A stretch of 64,000 nucleotides of DNA from Camelus ferus (Eukaryota): the NCBI RefSeq assembly GCF_009834535.1, contig NC_045697.1, positions 11,968,001-12,032,000 on the forward strand, given 5' to 3'. The position numbers and the translations under genes were made by a program. The notes under the pieces were generated by a model that worked only from the letters and a program-made list of their open reading frames with translations, was not told the origin of the DNA and ran no database searches. Numbering within the stretch: position 1 is the first letter of the stretch; every line of letters begins with the position of its first letter. Shown one piece after another: positions 13,845-26,930 of the stretch.

Positions 13845-16345
13845 GATTAATTTCCCCCGGCTGCCATAACTAATCACCACAAACATGTGGCTTAAAACAA
13901 CAGAACTTTATTAATGGTAAAAAAACTTTTAGCTTTTCCTCTATGATCAGGAACAAGACAAGGATGCCCACTCTTGCTACCTTTACTCAACATAGTACTG
14001 GAAGTCTTAGCCATTAGCAATTAGGCAGAAAAAAGAAATAAAAGGCCTCCACATCAGAAAGGGAGAAATAAAACTATCACTGTTTGTAGATGATATAATA
14101 CCACACATAAAAAAACCCTAAAGATGCTACCAAAAAACTGTTAGAACTAATACATAAATTCAGTAAAGTCACAGAATACAAGATCAATATACGGAAATCT
14201 GTGGCATTTCTGTGCACTAATAACAAACCAACAGAAAGAGAAATTAAGAAAATGATCCTATTTACAATTGCATCAAAAAGAATAAAATACCTAGGAATAA
14301 AGTTAACCATGGAGGTGAAAGACTTGTACAATGAAAACTATAAGAACTGACAAACTGAAGAAGACACAAATAAACGGAAAGATATTCCATGTTCACGGAT
14401 TGGAAGAATTAATATTGTTACTATCATATCCATACTACCCAAAGCAAACTACAGATTCAATGCAATACCTGTCAAAATTGCTATGATATATTGCACAGAA
14501 CAATAATAAATAATTCTAAAATTATATGGAAACACAAAAGATCCCAAATAGCAAAATAACATTGAGAAAGAAGAACAAAGCTGGAAGTATCATACTCCTT
14601 GATTTAAAACTATACTACAAAACTGTGGTAATCAAAACATATGGTACTGGCACAAAAACAGACACACAGATCAATGGAACAGAATTGAGAGCCCATAAAT
14701 TAACCTATACATATATGGACAATTAATTTATAATAAAGGAGCAAAGAACAGATAGTGAAGAAAGGACAGTCTCTTCAGTAAATGGTGTTGGGAAAACTGG
14801 ACAACCACAAGCAAAAGAAGAAACTAGACACTATCTTACACCATACACAATTATGAAGTCAAAATAGATTAAAGCCTTGAATGTAAGACCTGAAACCATA
14901 AAATTCCTAGAAGAAAACAGATGGCAACCTCACTGACATGAGTCTTAGTGATGTTTTGTGGCTGTGACTCCAAAGACAAGGGAAACAAAAGCGAAAATAA
15001 ATAAATGGAACTACATTAAACTAAAAGGCTTCTGCACAGCAAAGGAAACCATTATCAAAATGAAAAGGCAATGAACTGGATGGGAGAAGATATTTGCAAA
15101 TCATATACCTGATAAGGAATTAATATCCAAAATATACAAAGAACTCATGCAAGTCAACAACAAAAAGACCAACCATCTGATTAAAAAATGGGCAGGGTTA
15201 AAAATGGGCAGGGGCTCTGAATATATATTTTTCCAAAGAAGACATACAGGTGGCCAAGAGGCACATGAAAAGATGTTCAACATCACTAATTACTAGGGAA
15301 ATGTAAATCAAAATCACAATGAGATATCATCTCACACCTGTTAGAATGGCTATTACTGAAAAGACAAGAAATTAATATTGGTGACGATATGGAGAAAACA
15401 TGTTAATGGGACTGTAAATTGGTGCAGCTACTATGGAAAACAGTAGGATAGTCCTTGAAAAATTAAGAATAAAACTACTATATGACCCACTTCTGGGTAT
15501 TTATTCAGAGAACATGAAACCGCTAATCTGAAAAGATATGTGCACACTTATGTTCACTGCAGCATTGTTTACAACAGCCAACATACAGAACAACCTAAGT
15601 ATCCATCAGTGAATGAATGCGTAAGGATATGGTATACATATACACACAGTGGAATACTACTCGGCCATAAAAAATGAAATCCTGCCATTTGGGACAACAT
15701 AGATAGACCTGAAGGTAGTATGCTAAGTGAAATAAATCAGATGGAGAAAGGCAAACATTTTACAATTCACCCACATATGCAATCTAAAAACACAAAACAA
15801 ATGAACAAACAAAACAAAACAAAAACAAACTCATAGGCATGGAGAACAGATAAGTGGTTACCAAAGGAGAAGGCGGGTTGGGGAGTGGTGAAATGGGTGA
15901 AGGAGGTCAACTTAGGGTGATGGATAGCAGCTACCCTTGTGGCGGTGATCACTTGGTAATGTCCACAGATGTCGAATTACAATGCTGCACACCTGAAACT
16001 TAATAAAGGAAAACAGAACTTTGTTTTTTCGCAGTCCTGGAGGTCAGAAGTTCAAGATCAAGGTGACTGCAGGGCCACACTCCCTGCTGTCACTTCCAGC
16101 TTTTTGTGGTTCCAGGTGCTGTTTGGCTTGTGGCTGCATTACTCCCACCTCTGCCTCCATCTTCACGTGGCCGTTGCCTCTTCTGTCTCAAAGCCCCCTC
16201 TCCTTTCTCTTAAAAGGATACTTGTCATTGGATTTAAGGACCACCCAGAGAATACAAAATAATCTCATTTCAATATGCTTAACTTAATCTGCAGAGAACC
16301 CTTTTCCAAATAAGTAGCATTCACAGGTTCCGGGGTTCTGATATC
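13845..16345 (-). mobile_element. MLT1 solo LTR split in two (13845-13909 and 16012-16345) by an L1 insertion
   Basis: ctgccataactaatcaccacaaacatgtggcttaaaacaacagaacttt resumes after the L1 as ...gcagtcctggaggtcagaagttcaagatcaaggt. Confidence 0.8.
13910..16011 (+). mobile_element. 5'-truncated LINE-1 (ORF2 RT/C-terminus and 3' UTR), inactive
   Basis: ORF2 peptides (e.g. [26 protein letters not shown]) with stops and frameshifts. TSD aacagaacttt at 13899-13909 and 16012-16022. Confidence 0.92.
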
Positions 16346-18065
16346 TACTGGAAGGCTATTCCATGGTCGACCAGGGCTACCATCAACTGAAGACAGCATC
16401 TGCCAAGTGCACAGTTAGCACAAAGCTGTAAAAGATGGAATAATCTCTTGGACTTGCATTTTAAGATAACCTCTTGGGCAGGCATTTGAGCCTGAAGTTC
16501 AAAGGGGAAAGCTATGTGATAGCTGGTCGGCATTCAGCAGGCAGGGACATATCTTTTCAGGAGCTCTGTATCCCCCATTCTGTCCCAGGAGGCTGGGAAC
16601 ATGATTCCTGGTGATGACATCAAAGAGTCACACGTAGTCTTTCTGCTTCATGTTCTGAAGGTTCCACAGTGAAGAAAAAGACCCTCATGAGACCAGGGAC
16701 AAGACAGGGAGAATTGCTGGTGTGCCCTGGGTTCCTGCAGACCCCCGAGCTGTGAGAGAGCTGCTTGTCTCTCTAGTGCCTTAAGCAACCGGGGAGCATT
16801 TACCAGGTATATTGTCTTACCCTGGAGGCTGAGAATACAGTGAGTAACTTCAAATAGGCCCATTAAACAGTCATAATGTGAACTGACAGCCTGGGCTTGT
16901 TATCTCGCCACTGCGGTTGGAAAGTAATTACACCATTGTCTCTGTTAAGTGCTGTGCCCATGGAACTGTTCAAGTGTTCGCATTATAGGAGAAAAGAGTT
17001 GTAGTAAATGCCTTTTAAAATATGGCAAGCTTCATAGTTAATAAGTATGGACCTCTGTACATCTTGTCTATTAGATTGTTTTTAACTAATCGATAAATAC
17101 TCCTCTCTACAGGTCTTTTCCAGTCTAACTGACATTCTTTCTCAGCTGTCTGACTATAATAAAGGTGAGTTCTGCTCATAGAGATCTACCTCCAGGAAAT
17201 AATCTAGCAAGAGTGCAGTGACAGAGTCTCAAGAATGTCCATCACAATACTGATTATAATACTGAGAAACTGGAATCAACCAAAATATCCAGTAATAACC
17301 CCCACCTATCACAGGGAGTCTTTCTTGATCCCTCAGATTGTTCAATGTCTTCATACTTCTTGCTTGGGTAGCATGTCAAAATTGTATTGCAATTTTTGTA
17401 TAAAAACAGTAGAAGCTCTTTTAACCAGTCTCCATTCAATCACCATGTGGATAACTTAGTACTCTTCCTCTGGAAAGCCACCACACTTCTGCTCACACTG
17501 TAAAGTTGTTACAACTTTATGCCAGTTGTATTTGCTATTTTAAGTATGTAATTTAACAGCACACTGAGTCAGTTACATATGAATGTAAAGAGTAAGATGT
17601 TGTTCCTATGAAAACTGGACTGAATGCTTTGAAAAGACTCAGTAAAGGAAGTTGCTAGAGAAAAAAACCCTGGTATTCAATTAGGTGTGACAGAAGTGAA
17701 AAGTTTCAAAAGTTTAGAAGTAGTCTGAATTCCGACTGTTTCACATGTGTTTTAGGTTCTCATTCTCCACTTTAGGGACGCCAAAATGATAACGCATTAT
17801 GGGCAGGTTAATCTTACATCCCGGTCAGGCTGGGACAGGTCCTGTTTACACCTGTTGTTTCAGTGCCCTCTCTGGTTTGGTTGCCCCCTTTCATTCTCAG
17901 AAGTGTCCCAGTTTGAATGATAAATTAAAAGATCACTCTAACTAGGGTCTAGTTTATGCAAGACAAATAAGGTGAAATGTCAATCAGCAAGTCGTCCCAA
18001 AGAATTGAAACTGAGCCTCACATGAAAAGATTAGTGAATAAGTGTTCATCCACATGCTTTACACT

Positions 18066-18575
18066 AGGGGTCCTCAAAATTTTTCCGTAAAGGGCCAACA
18101 GTAATTATTTTAGGCTTTAGTTGGTCTCTGTCACAATTATTCAAATCTGACATTTTAGCACGAAAGCTACCCTAGACAACCTCTAAATGAATGTGCACGG
18201 CTGTATTCAATAAAACTTTATTTTGGACACTAAATTTGAATTTCATATACTTTTCATGTGTCACCAAATATTGTTCTTATGTTTTTCGAGAACTTAAAAA
18301 TGTAAAAACCATTCTTGGGTGGAGGGTATAGCTCAGAGGTAGAGTGCATGCTTAGCATGTACAAGGTCCTGAGTTCAATCCCCAGTACCTCCTCTAAAAA
18401 ATAAAATAAAATAAAAAATTAATTAAAAATACATAAAGAACCCTAATTATCACCCCCCACCCCCCAAAAAAACCAAAACCAAAACCAAAATAAAAACCAT
18501 CCTTAACTCACAAGCCATACAAAAATGAGCTGTGGGCTGATCTGACCTGGAGCACCATTTGCTAACTCCTGTTAT
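18066..18575. mobile_element. MER58-like hAT element, interrupted by a SINE
   Basis: aggggtcctcaaaatttttccgtaaagggccaacagtaattattttaggcttt ... tttgctaactcctg. Confidence 0.75.
18317..18490 (+). mobile_element. tRNA-derived SINE (Vic-1-like)
   Basis: Same head as the 1555 copy. TSD taaaaaccat(t/c)ctt at 18303-18316 and 18491-18504. Confidence 0.9.
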
Positions 18576-18697
18576 AAGCTAAAAAAAAGGTTATGTATGT
18601 GTTAGGGTTTTTCTTTTACAGTTTTCACTTTTCAATTATTGACAATGTTCACATGACATTGAATAGGAGGTCTTCTATTGTATTCACACTTCTTTCT

Positions 18698-18912
18698 TGA
18701 AGTGTAGTTGATTTTCGCTGCTAATTTCAGGTGTACAGCAAAGTGATTTGGTTATACATATACATGCATACATATATATTTTCTTTTCAGATGCTTTTCC
18801 ATTATATGTTATTACAAGAAATCATTAATTTTTAATGGAGGTACTGGGGATTGAACCCAGGGCCTCATGCATGCTAAGCACGTGCTCTACTACTGAGCTA
18901 TACCTTCCCCTC
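18698..18912 (-). mobile_element. Chimeric retroposon: tRNA-SINE head fused to an L1 3' end
   Basis: A single 17-bp TSD tattcacacttctttct (18681-18697, 18913-18929) encloses the SINE head (~18835-18912) and the L1 3' tail (~18698-18820). Confidence 0.8.
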
Positions 18913-20369
18913 TATTCACACTTCTTTCTACTTCTCATGCCTGTAAGGTCCATGAGATAAGATATCTTACATGGCACATGAAGGCACTCAGTAAAAGTTT
19001 CTTACATGAAAGAAGTTATGTTATGCAATACTTATAAAATGGAGGACTCACATAACCATTAAAAGTTATACTGGAGAGCTCCAGATTTACTGTGACGGGG
19101 AAAAAACCCAGGGGATGCAATAGCTATATATGATAGAACGATTTTTTAAAATACATGTCTGTATTGTACGGGAAACCACAGAGCAGGCTATACCAAAATG
19201 TTATTAGTTTTTATATCACTATGGTTATTATAGGTCTGGGGATACTTTGAACTCTTTTTCTTTTTGCTTACCTATATTTTTGATTTTTCTAAAATGGTTA
19301 TGTTTTCTAGATATAACTGGTCATCAATGTTTTTATTTTATCTCATCATCCTGGTGTCCTGAAGGAATCTGGATTTGACCAAATGGAGGTACCAAGTTTG
19401 GTCCAACCCTCTGTCAGAGGTCAGGGGCTGGGAGTGACTCAGTCAGATGTTGGCCCATGAAGGACTAGGGAGAGGTCCGCTTATTTGTCAGATACAGCCG
19501 GTTCTCCATTGTGCTCAGAAAACTAGAAATTGGAGGCTAGTGCCTCCTGAGTTCTGGCCTTGAGAAAGGTGCCTCCCCACTCTCCCATGAGATGACTGTA
19601 TGTAGGCTGTGGTTCAAACGTGATATTTTATCCTAGGAGCTGCAGGAGGTCTAGGAAGAGTTTTGTTCATTTAGTCCATCGACAAACACTTGCTGGGCAC
19701 CGATCACTAACCAGGTGCTGTGCCAAGCACAGGGGTATAAGAGAGAAGAGCACACAGAGATCCCTGCCCTCAAGGAACTTCCTTGGTTGGGAGGGAAAGC
19801 AATAAACAGATAAACAGATGGGAAAAACAGAAATAGCAGATGGAACTGAGGGCACCTAGGAGAGGGCTGGGCAGCAGCATGGTCTAGATGAGCAGCGAGG
19901 CCCCCTCTTAAGAGACATCTGAGTCAAGCCAGGATCAGGTAGAAGAAACCATGAGGTCAAAGGCTCCAAGTGGCCCCAGCCAGGTACCTCTGAAGGCCTG
20001 AAAGAAGGCCAGTGTGGCCAAGGAGATGACATTGAGAAGTGGACAGCAGCCACCTCAAGTGACCATGATAAAGAATTTATCTTAGGTGAACAGATTTGAG
20101 TCCGAGTGAAATGAGAAGCCATTGGTAGGTTTGAAACAGAAGAATGGCATGCTTTGGTTTATACTGTATAAGGTAATTCTTGCGGCTGTGAGAGGGGGCA
20201 AGAGTGGACCACGAGGAGGCCACAGGAGGGACTGGGGGCCGGAGGTGAAGGTGGCTTGGACTAGGATGGAGGTGGACGTGGAGAATGGAGGAGGCTGGAC
20301 TTGTTATGTTTACGGGGTAAAGTCATCAGGACTTGCTTTAGAACTGGATTTAAACAGGAGAAAAACCAC

Positions 20370-20507
20370 GGGGAGGGTTTAGCTCAAGTGGTAGAGTGCA
20401 AGCTTAGCATGCACAAGGTCCTCGGTTCAGCCACCAGTACCTCCATCGAAAAACTAACGAAATAAATGAAACTAATTATCTTCCCCCTGCAAAAATAAAT
20501 AAGTAAA
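20370..20507 (+). mobile_element. tRNA-derived SINE (Vic-1-like)
   Basis: SINE head plus A-rich tail. TSD taaacaggagaaaa at 20351-20364 and 20508-20521. Confidence 0.88.
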
Positions 20508-20544
20508 TAAACAGGAGAAAATTCAATTTGCTTTTGTTTCTTTG

Positions 20545-20995
20545 TTTTAACATTAACAGATTCATTGAAATAGAATTCTTGAGACCATACAATTCGCCCA
20601 TTTGAAGTATACAGTTCAGTGGCTTTTAGTATATTCAGAGTTGTGTAACTATCACTACAGTGGACTTAAGAATATTCTCATTACTTTAAATAGAAACCCT
20701 GCAACCCTTAGTCACTACCCACCCTTGTACTTTGTATTATGTTTTATTTACCCATTCTTCAGTTGATGGACATTTAGTTTAATTTCCACTTTTTTGCTAT
20801 TATGAATAATGTTGCCCTGAATACTGTGTACATGTTAATTCCTCCTGGGTATATACCTAGGCATGGGAATTGCTGGCTCTTAGGATAACTCTCTGTTTAA
20901 CTGTTTGAGGACCTGCCAGACTGTTTTCCAAAGCAGCTGCAACACTGCACATTCCCACCAGCAGTGGAGGAGGGTGTGATTCAAATTTAACATCC
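20545..20995 (-). mobile_element. L1MB-like 3' fragment
   Basis: ccatacaattcgcccatttgaagtatacagttcagtgg ... cattcccaccagcagtg. Confidence 0.7.
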
Positions 20996-21959
20996 CCCTG
21001 GCTGCTTCGTGGAGAAAAGGACTGGAGCAAGGCTTGGGGGGAAGTGCGGAGACCAGAATGGTTATGCAAAGGTGGAGGCATCTTAGTAGGGTTCAAAGAC
21101 ACCCAATTTAAGGAGTACTTCATCCTCTTTTAAGGCAAAAAGATTTTTGTGAGACAGTCGTCAGTACACCATGAATCACATCGTTAAATTAAAAGATTCC
21201 AATGGAGAGGGCTTGCTGAAACAGATCTGCTGTTTTCAGATCTAGAATCCTAAAGCAGACTGGTATGGAATTGTTTAAACATCTGTCCCCACACAAGCTC
21301 CTGCAAGCAGGAGGGTATTTTCCGAGAAGCTAAGGGAGTCAGGGGCTGCAATAAAACTTTTGCACCTTCAAGCCATAAAAACACAGGACTCCAGTGGCAG
21401 CCGGGGACTCCTGAGGCAGCAAGCATCCCTCCTACTGCCCGGGAACCCTGCCCCGGCCTCTCCGGCCAGAGAAGGGCTGGCTTTGTTCCCAGCGGCTGGT
21501 TTTGACAACTGGGTGGCGGTTCTCTCTGCAATTCTTCTAGCTCCGGAACGGAAGGGAAACCAACTTCTATCAAGCTTATGATATGCCCTCCCCCTGGGGT
21601 GAGATGCTCCACTTACGTTCCTTAAGTCAGTGAACCCGCACAGCAAATCACCAGGGAAGAGAGAATAACTTACCTCCATTACAGACGAGGCACATTGGCC
21701 CCTTTGGACTGAAAAGTCAGAAAAGGTCTCTCTGAGGAGACAGCATTTTAGCTGATACAAGCCCGGCAGGGATCAGGAGGAAGAGCGTGCCAAGGGTAAC
21801 CCCCAAATTGTCTGTTTGCTCTCCAGGTGGCCTCATGTTTATTCTCTTTTAATTTTCATTTACATGTATTAGTATAAATAAGAGTAAGAAGTGTCTGTTT
21901 AGAAGTAGATCTTAAATTCATTTAAAAGATAACTTGGAGTAGAAATTATAATTCTTTTT

Positions 21960-22107
21960 TTTCTTTTTTTTCGAATCTTCTTTAATTTATATATTTTGGG
22001 GGTCATTAGGTTTATTTATTATTTTTTTTAGGGGTACTGGGGATTGAACCCAGGACCTCGTGCATGCTAAGCACATGCTCTACCACTTGAGCTATACCAT
22101 TCTCCCC
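21960..22107 (-). mobile_element. tRNA-derived SINE (Vic-1-like)
   Basis: Reverse SINE head ggtactggggattgaacccaggacctcgtgcatgctaagc. TSD ataattcttttt at 21948-21959 and 22108-22119. Confidence 0.88.
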
Positions 22108-23850
22108 ATAATTCTTTTTCCTTAATATTTCTGATTTTCTACTCAGGGCCTAATCTCCATAACAGCACCATCCCTGTTCCCTCCCTACACAATCCGCTGT
22201 CTCCCCACACATCCAATATGACTGTCTCCACTAATGTATCTTCACAGACCTTGGTAAGGTTCTGGGACACGGGGAGACACAGCTCCCTTGGTCTGATGGT
22301 GCTACTATTCTGGAAGTGGTGTCTCTGACCTCCAGAATTTCCAACAGGAGGAAGGAAGGATCTACAGATCGATACCACACCACCACTCAGAGGTCCCCAC
22401 TGTCAGGTTAAAATGCTTTCCCAAAGGACAGAATTCATTTTTTACTACAACACTTTACCAAATTCCTCAAAATGGAACTCATCCTAAAATCTGTGTGTTG
22501 GGTCTTCAGGAAAGTCCAATAAACAAAATCCTTCTTCCCCACTGAACTAACTAAAATACAAGACCAATGCATAAAGCCAAAATATCACATGACTGGTAAG
22601 ATTCATACTAGAGACTGCGGCTTACGTCCATTGTCACGCTGGACTCTTGATATTTACCCACCCAGTCACAACGCTGGGCCCAGGCAGTTCTCCCCAGGAC
22701 TGCGCCTCCCCCTGCACAATCGATGGCATGGCCGCAGGGTAGGGTGTGTGCTTCTATGGGCAGGTCACTCCATGAGAAAGGAGGGAGAAAGAGGAAAGAA
22801 TCCTGCAGACCCTGCTCCTGCCCTCAGCCTCACCAATTACATCCACGTTTCCCCTCACCTGGGGAAGTGTACTAAAGATGGCTGAGGGAGGTTACGGAAA
22901 CACAGGGATGACCAGGGAAGACGCATCAGTGGCACACACCCTTCACACTGGGTTCTGGAGGTCCTGGTTCTGTCACTACACCCTAATGTGATGTCAGGCA
23001 AGAATGTTGACCCTTTCCTGGGTCTTGGATTTTTCTTCTCTCAACTGGAGGTGGTGTTCCTCTCCGTGCCACGCAGAACTGCTGGGCACACAGAGGATAA
23101 GGAAGTACGTCAAAGTCTTTGCAAGGAACACAGACACTGGGGAATCACACGGAGCCACGAATGTACAGAAGCTGCAGTCACTTCATTCCTCTGTAGCCCT
23201 TATAGGGTCTTCCTAGATCCTGGCAGACATCATCTCAGAAGGGTGACTGAGAGGGTCCCTCGGGGTTGTCTTACTCCTTATACTTCTAGCTTGGCAGCTT
23301 CTGTCACTAAGAAGACTGCTCATGGCCTCTTGGGTACTTTTCCTCTAAATGCTCCAGATGAGAGGTGGTCCCACAGGTGTATTGTTGTCATCCTTGTGGG
23401 CTGGGTTCCCGAGAGTCAGCCTTCAGTTAGAGGGATGGTTCATGAAGCGGGAACGCGTGCCTTCCCTCTCATTTTCATGTTCTAATATGAAAGGGTCTTT
23501 TGCTAAAACTTGTATTTGGTAGCAGACACTCTATCCGTCTTCAAAAGTTGGAACTGGGGAATCTCTGGGTATAAGGGATGCCAACTTTTCTGGGCATGAG
23601 GATGTGGAGAGAGCTACAAAAGGAAAAATCGGCTGGAGACTTCTGGGAAGGTGCAAAATAGAGACTGGCTGGACCAGCCTGGGGACAGGGCTGAGCACAC
23701 TGCCTGATGCTTTCAAGACCAAAGCATCCCACAGGTTTTAAAGGATTTGGAACCTCCTGTTCTCCCAATTAACCCCTCTGTGCCCACTCTACTGTTCAAA
23801 CCTTTAGTTGTTTTGTTTGTTTGTTTGTTTAATATTTAGTTGTTCAAAAC

Positions 23851-24481
23851 CGGTGGTTCTCAACCCTGTGTGAATGCTAGCGCTCTTGGGGGGCTTTGAG
23901 AAAATAGCAGTGCCTGTCACTTCTCTCCCCTCCTTCTAAGATGACCACCAGGGACTTGTATGCTTTTTGTTTGTTTGTTTTTAACTTTTCTTTAGAAATA
24001 ATTTCAGACACAGGGAAAAAAACTGCCAGCAAAAGAACAGTTCAAAGAGCATCACATACTCCTTACTCAGGTTCACTTAGTCTTAACAGTTTGTTCCATT
24101 TGTTTTATCCTTTGCTCTGTTTCTATTTTCCCTTTCCTCTATTTTATTTAAAAGGTAAAATTCTCTGAGAATAGGACATCACATTCACTTCCTTAAAAGT
24201 AAGACACAGTTCGAGGTACATTTCCTCAAAATGAGAGTATTTGCCCACATAGCCACAGGATACATGTCAACCCCAGTAAATCTAACATTGATACAAATAC
24301 TTTTATTTTCTCTGTCATCTATTCAGTTTGTCAACTGACCCAACCATCTCCTTGTAGCATGTTTCCGTCCGGGATAGAATCCAGGCTAGGATCAGGCACT
24401 GCATTTAGCTGTCTTCTCACTGGTGTGGTCATAAAAGCTCTCCAGGTGATTTTAATGTGCCTCTTGGATTTGGGACCACTG
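23851..24481. mobile_element. MER5A-like element split by an antisense L1MC-type 3' fragment (~23965-24415)
   Basis: cggtggttctcaaccctg... and ...ccaggtgattttaatgtgc...gggaccactg termini flank L1 3'UTR-like sequence. Confidence 0.55.
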
Positions 24482-24979
24482 TGTAAGTCAATATTTACTA
24501 CATCAACTCTTCGTGAGTGTTTACCAGGTACAAACGATTGTGAATAAATGAAGAAGCTTATTACTTTACGGGACATACTATATACAAACAAACTGTAGTA
24601 TCAGATGGATAAGTATGATAAATGAAATATAAACCAAATCTTTAGGAGGAAACTTTAATTAAATTTAACAAGCCTACTGAAGGTCTACTATGTGCCAGGC
24701 ATTGTATGAACTTCTATAAAAACAGATTAATAAGAAAAACATAATGCACACATGATTAATAATTAATGAATACATGATTAATTACAAGAGTGAGGTTTTT
24801 CTTGGGGGAAGTGAGACTTAAAAGACAAGTAGGATTCAATTTTTAGAGATAAAGACATTTCACAAGAGCAAAAATATGAATATGAGTGCATAGCAAGGCA
24901 AGGAAAGGACTGCACGTCACAAAGGATTTGAGAACTGGGTGCATGGGGTTGTACTAGATCTTCCCGGAAAAGTAGGCTG

Positions 24980-26930
24980 GAAAATGCAAGATGGTACAGC
25001 CATTTTTGGAAAATAGTTTGGTAGTTTCTTAAAAAGTCAAACATAAACTTACCATACAACCCAACAATTCCATTCCATAGGTATTTTTTTCAAGAGTAAC
25101 AAAAATTTGTGTGCATGAATGTAATATTCATAGCAGCATTACTCATAAGAATCCCAAAGTGGAAACAATCCAAATGCCTATTAACTGGTGAATGGATAAT
25201 CAGAAAATGGCATAGCTGCACAATGGGGTACTCTGAGTAATAAAAGGGAGTGAATGAATGGTATATGCTCCAACAATTGATGAACCTCAAAAACATTATG
25301 CTAAGATTTAGCAACTAAGTGAAAAAAGCCAGATGGAAATACCACATGTTGTATCATTTCACTGATATGAAATGTCTGGAAAAGACAACTTTATAGAGAC
25401 AGAAAGTAGATTAATGGTTGCCTGGCATTAGCGTGGGAACAGGGACTGACTATAAATGGATACAAAGGATGGTGACAGAAATGTCCTAAAACTGATTATG
25501 GTTATGGTGCAACAAATCTGTAAAGTTACTAAAAAATGTAGAATTGTATGTACACTTAGATGAATTTTATACTATGTAAATTATATTTCAAGACAACTAT
25601 AAAAATTAAGACATGATCAAAATCAGACAGAAAGGAAATAAGAACAGCAATCGTAGAAATCAAAAAGGTAGTTCTAAAACTAAACAGGTGCAAAAGGCTC
25701 TGGACTGGACAAATTATTTAGAGGATTGGCAAATAGGAAGACAGGATTAAGGATTTCACCAGGATACAACAGAGACAAAAAAAATTTAATACCATTTCAG
25801 AATATGGATGGAGAGGCTTCATCCAGAAAAGTGAATGGAGGCAATGGCAGAGAAACAATATTTGAAGAGAAAGCAATAATTTTCCAGAATTAAAGAGAGC
25901 ACAGCATCTTCAATAGAAAGTACACTCATAACTAGAGAGTTCTAGTGAAACTGCTAAACACCAAAATAAACACACACAGATCTTAAATGTGATCAAGAGA
26001 AAAGGCAGGTTACCTACAAAGGAATGAAAATTTGATTGGCAGTAGGATTTTTACCAGCAGCAATTACTACCAGAAGATAGTAAGGCCCTATCATCATTGT
26101 GCTATGGGAAAAGAACTGTTCACCAGAACATTCTATCCAAATAAGTGACCATCCAACGATGAGAGCAAAATAAAGACATTTTCAAACATACAAAGAAGTC
26201 TTTCCCCCAGCAAGACCACTACAGAAAGAACTATTAAAGGATGAACTTCAACTAGGACAAAAGTGAACCCCAAAAGACTTTAGATTCAAGAAAAAAAGTA
26301 GCAAGTAGAATTGGTGAAACGTTAGTACATTTAATTAATGCGACTATAAAAACGATTTTTAAATGTAAGAAAGTAAAAAGCAAGACGACAATGACAAGAT
26401 GGGAAAGGGGAGGGCTGTTACATGGGGAGAGTACGCAGAGCTCTTTTGTAGGAAGAAAGAATTCCATGATGATTTTGTTAGAAAAATTATGGTTAAATAT
26501 GTATGTGGAAACATAAAAGACCATTCTGAGAAGGAAAGGAATAATGCCTGAAGCCCTCAAACCAGCAGTGGAAAAGGAGGAAATGTATATCAGTTAACTA
26601 ATCCAAGAGGAGGCAGGGATGGAGAAAAAGGAAGAATAAAAAATGATAGAAAATGAAAAGCACAAAATATTACAGAAGAATAAGCCCCAATATATTAGTA
26701 ATCACAATAAATGCACATGGGTTAAGTTTACCTATCAGAGATACAACTAAAATAAAGCTTATAGAATGATTAAGTATACATAAAGAGATGAAAAATAGGA
26801 CATACAAACAGTAGCCAAAAGAAAGGAGGCATATTAATATCAATATTAAAAATGTCTAATTTAAGCAATGAGCATGAAAAATGGTAAAGAGAGTCACTAC
26901 ATAATAAGAAGCAAGCGTGATTTCTAGTGC
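24980..26930 (+). mobile_element. Old L1 fragments (L1MB 3' end, then decayed ORF1/EN-like region)
   Basis: aatgcaagatggtacagccatttttggaaaatagtttggtagtttctt; ORF1-like ttacctacaaaggaatgaaaatttgattggc. Confidence 0.65.

Larger units (their letters stand above)
17406..18680 (+). mobile_element. Old Tigger-like DNA transposon relic hosting younger insertions
   Basis: Imperfect TIRs cagtagaagctc / gtcttctattg. Decayed HTH-psq-like coding (atgaaaactggactgaatgctttgaaaagactc, MKTGLNALKRL). Confidence 0.55.
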
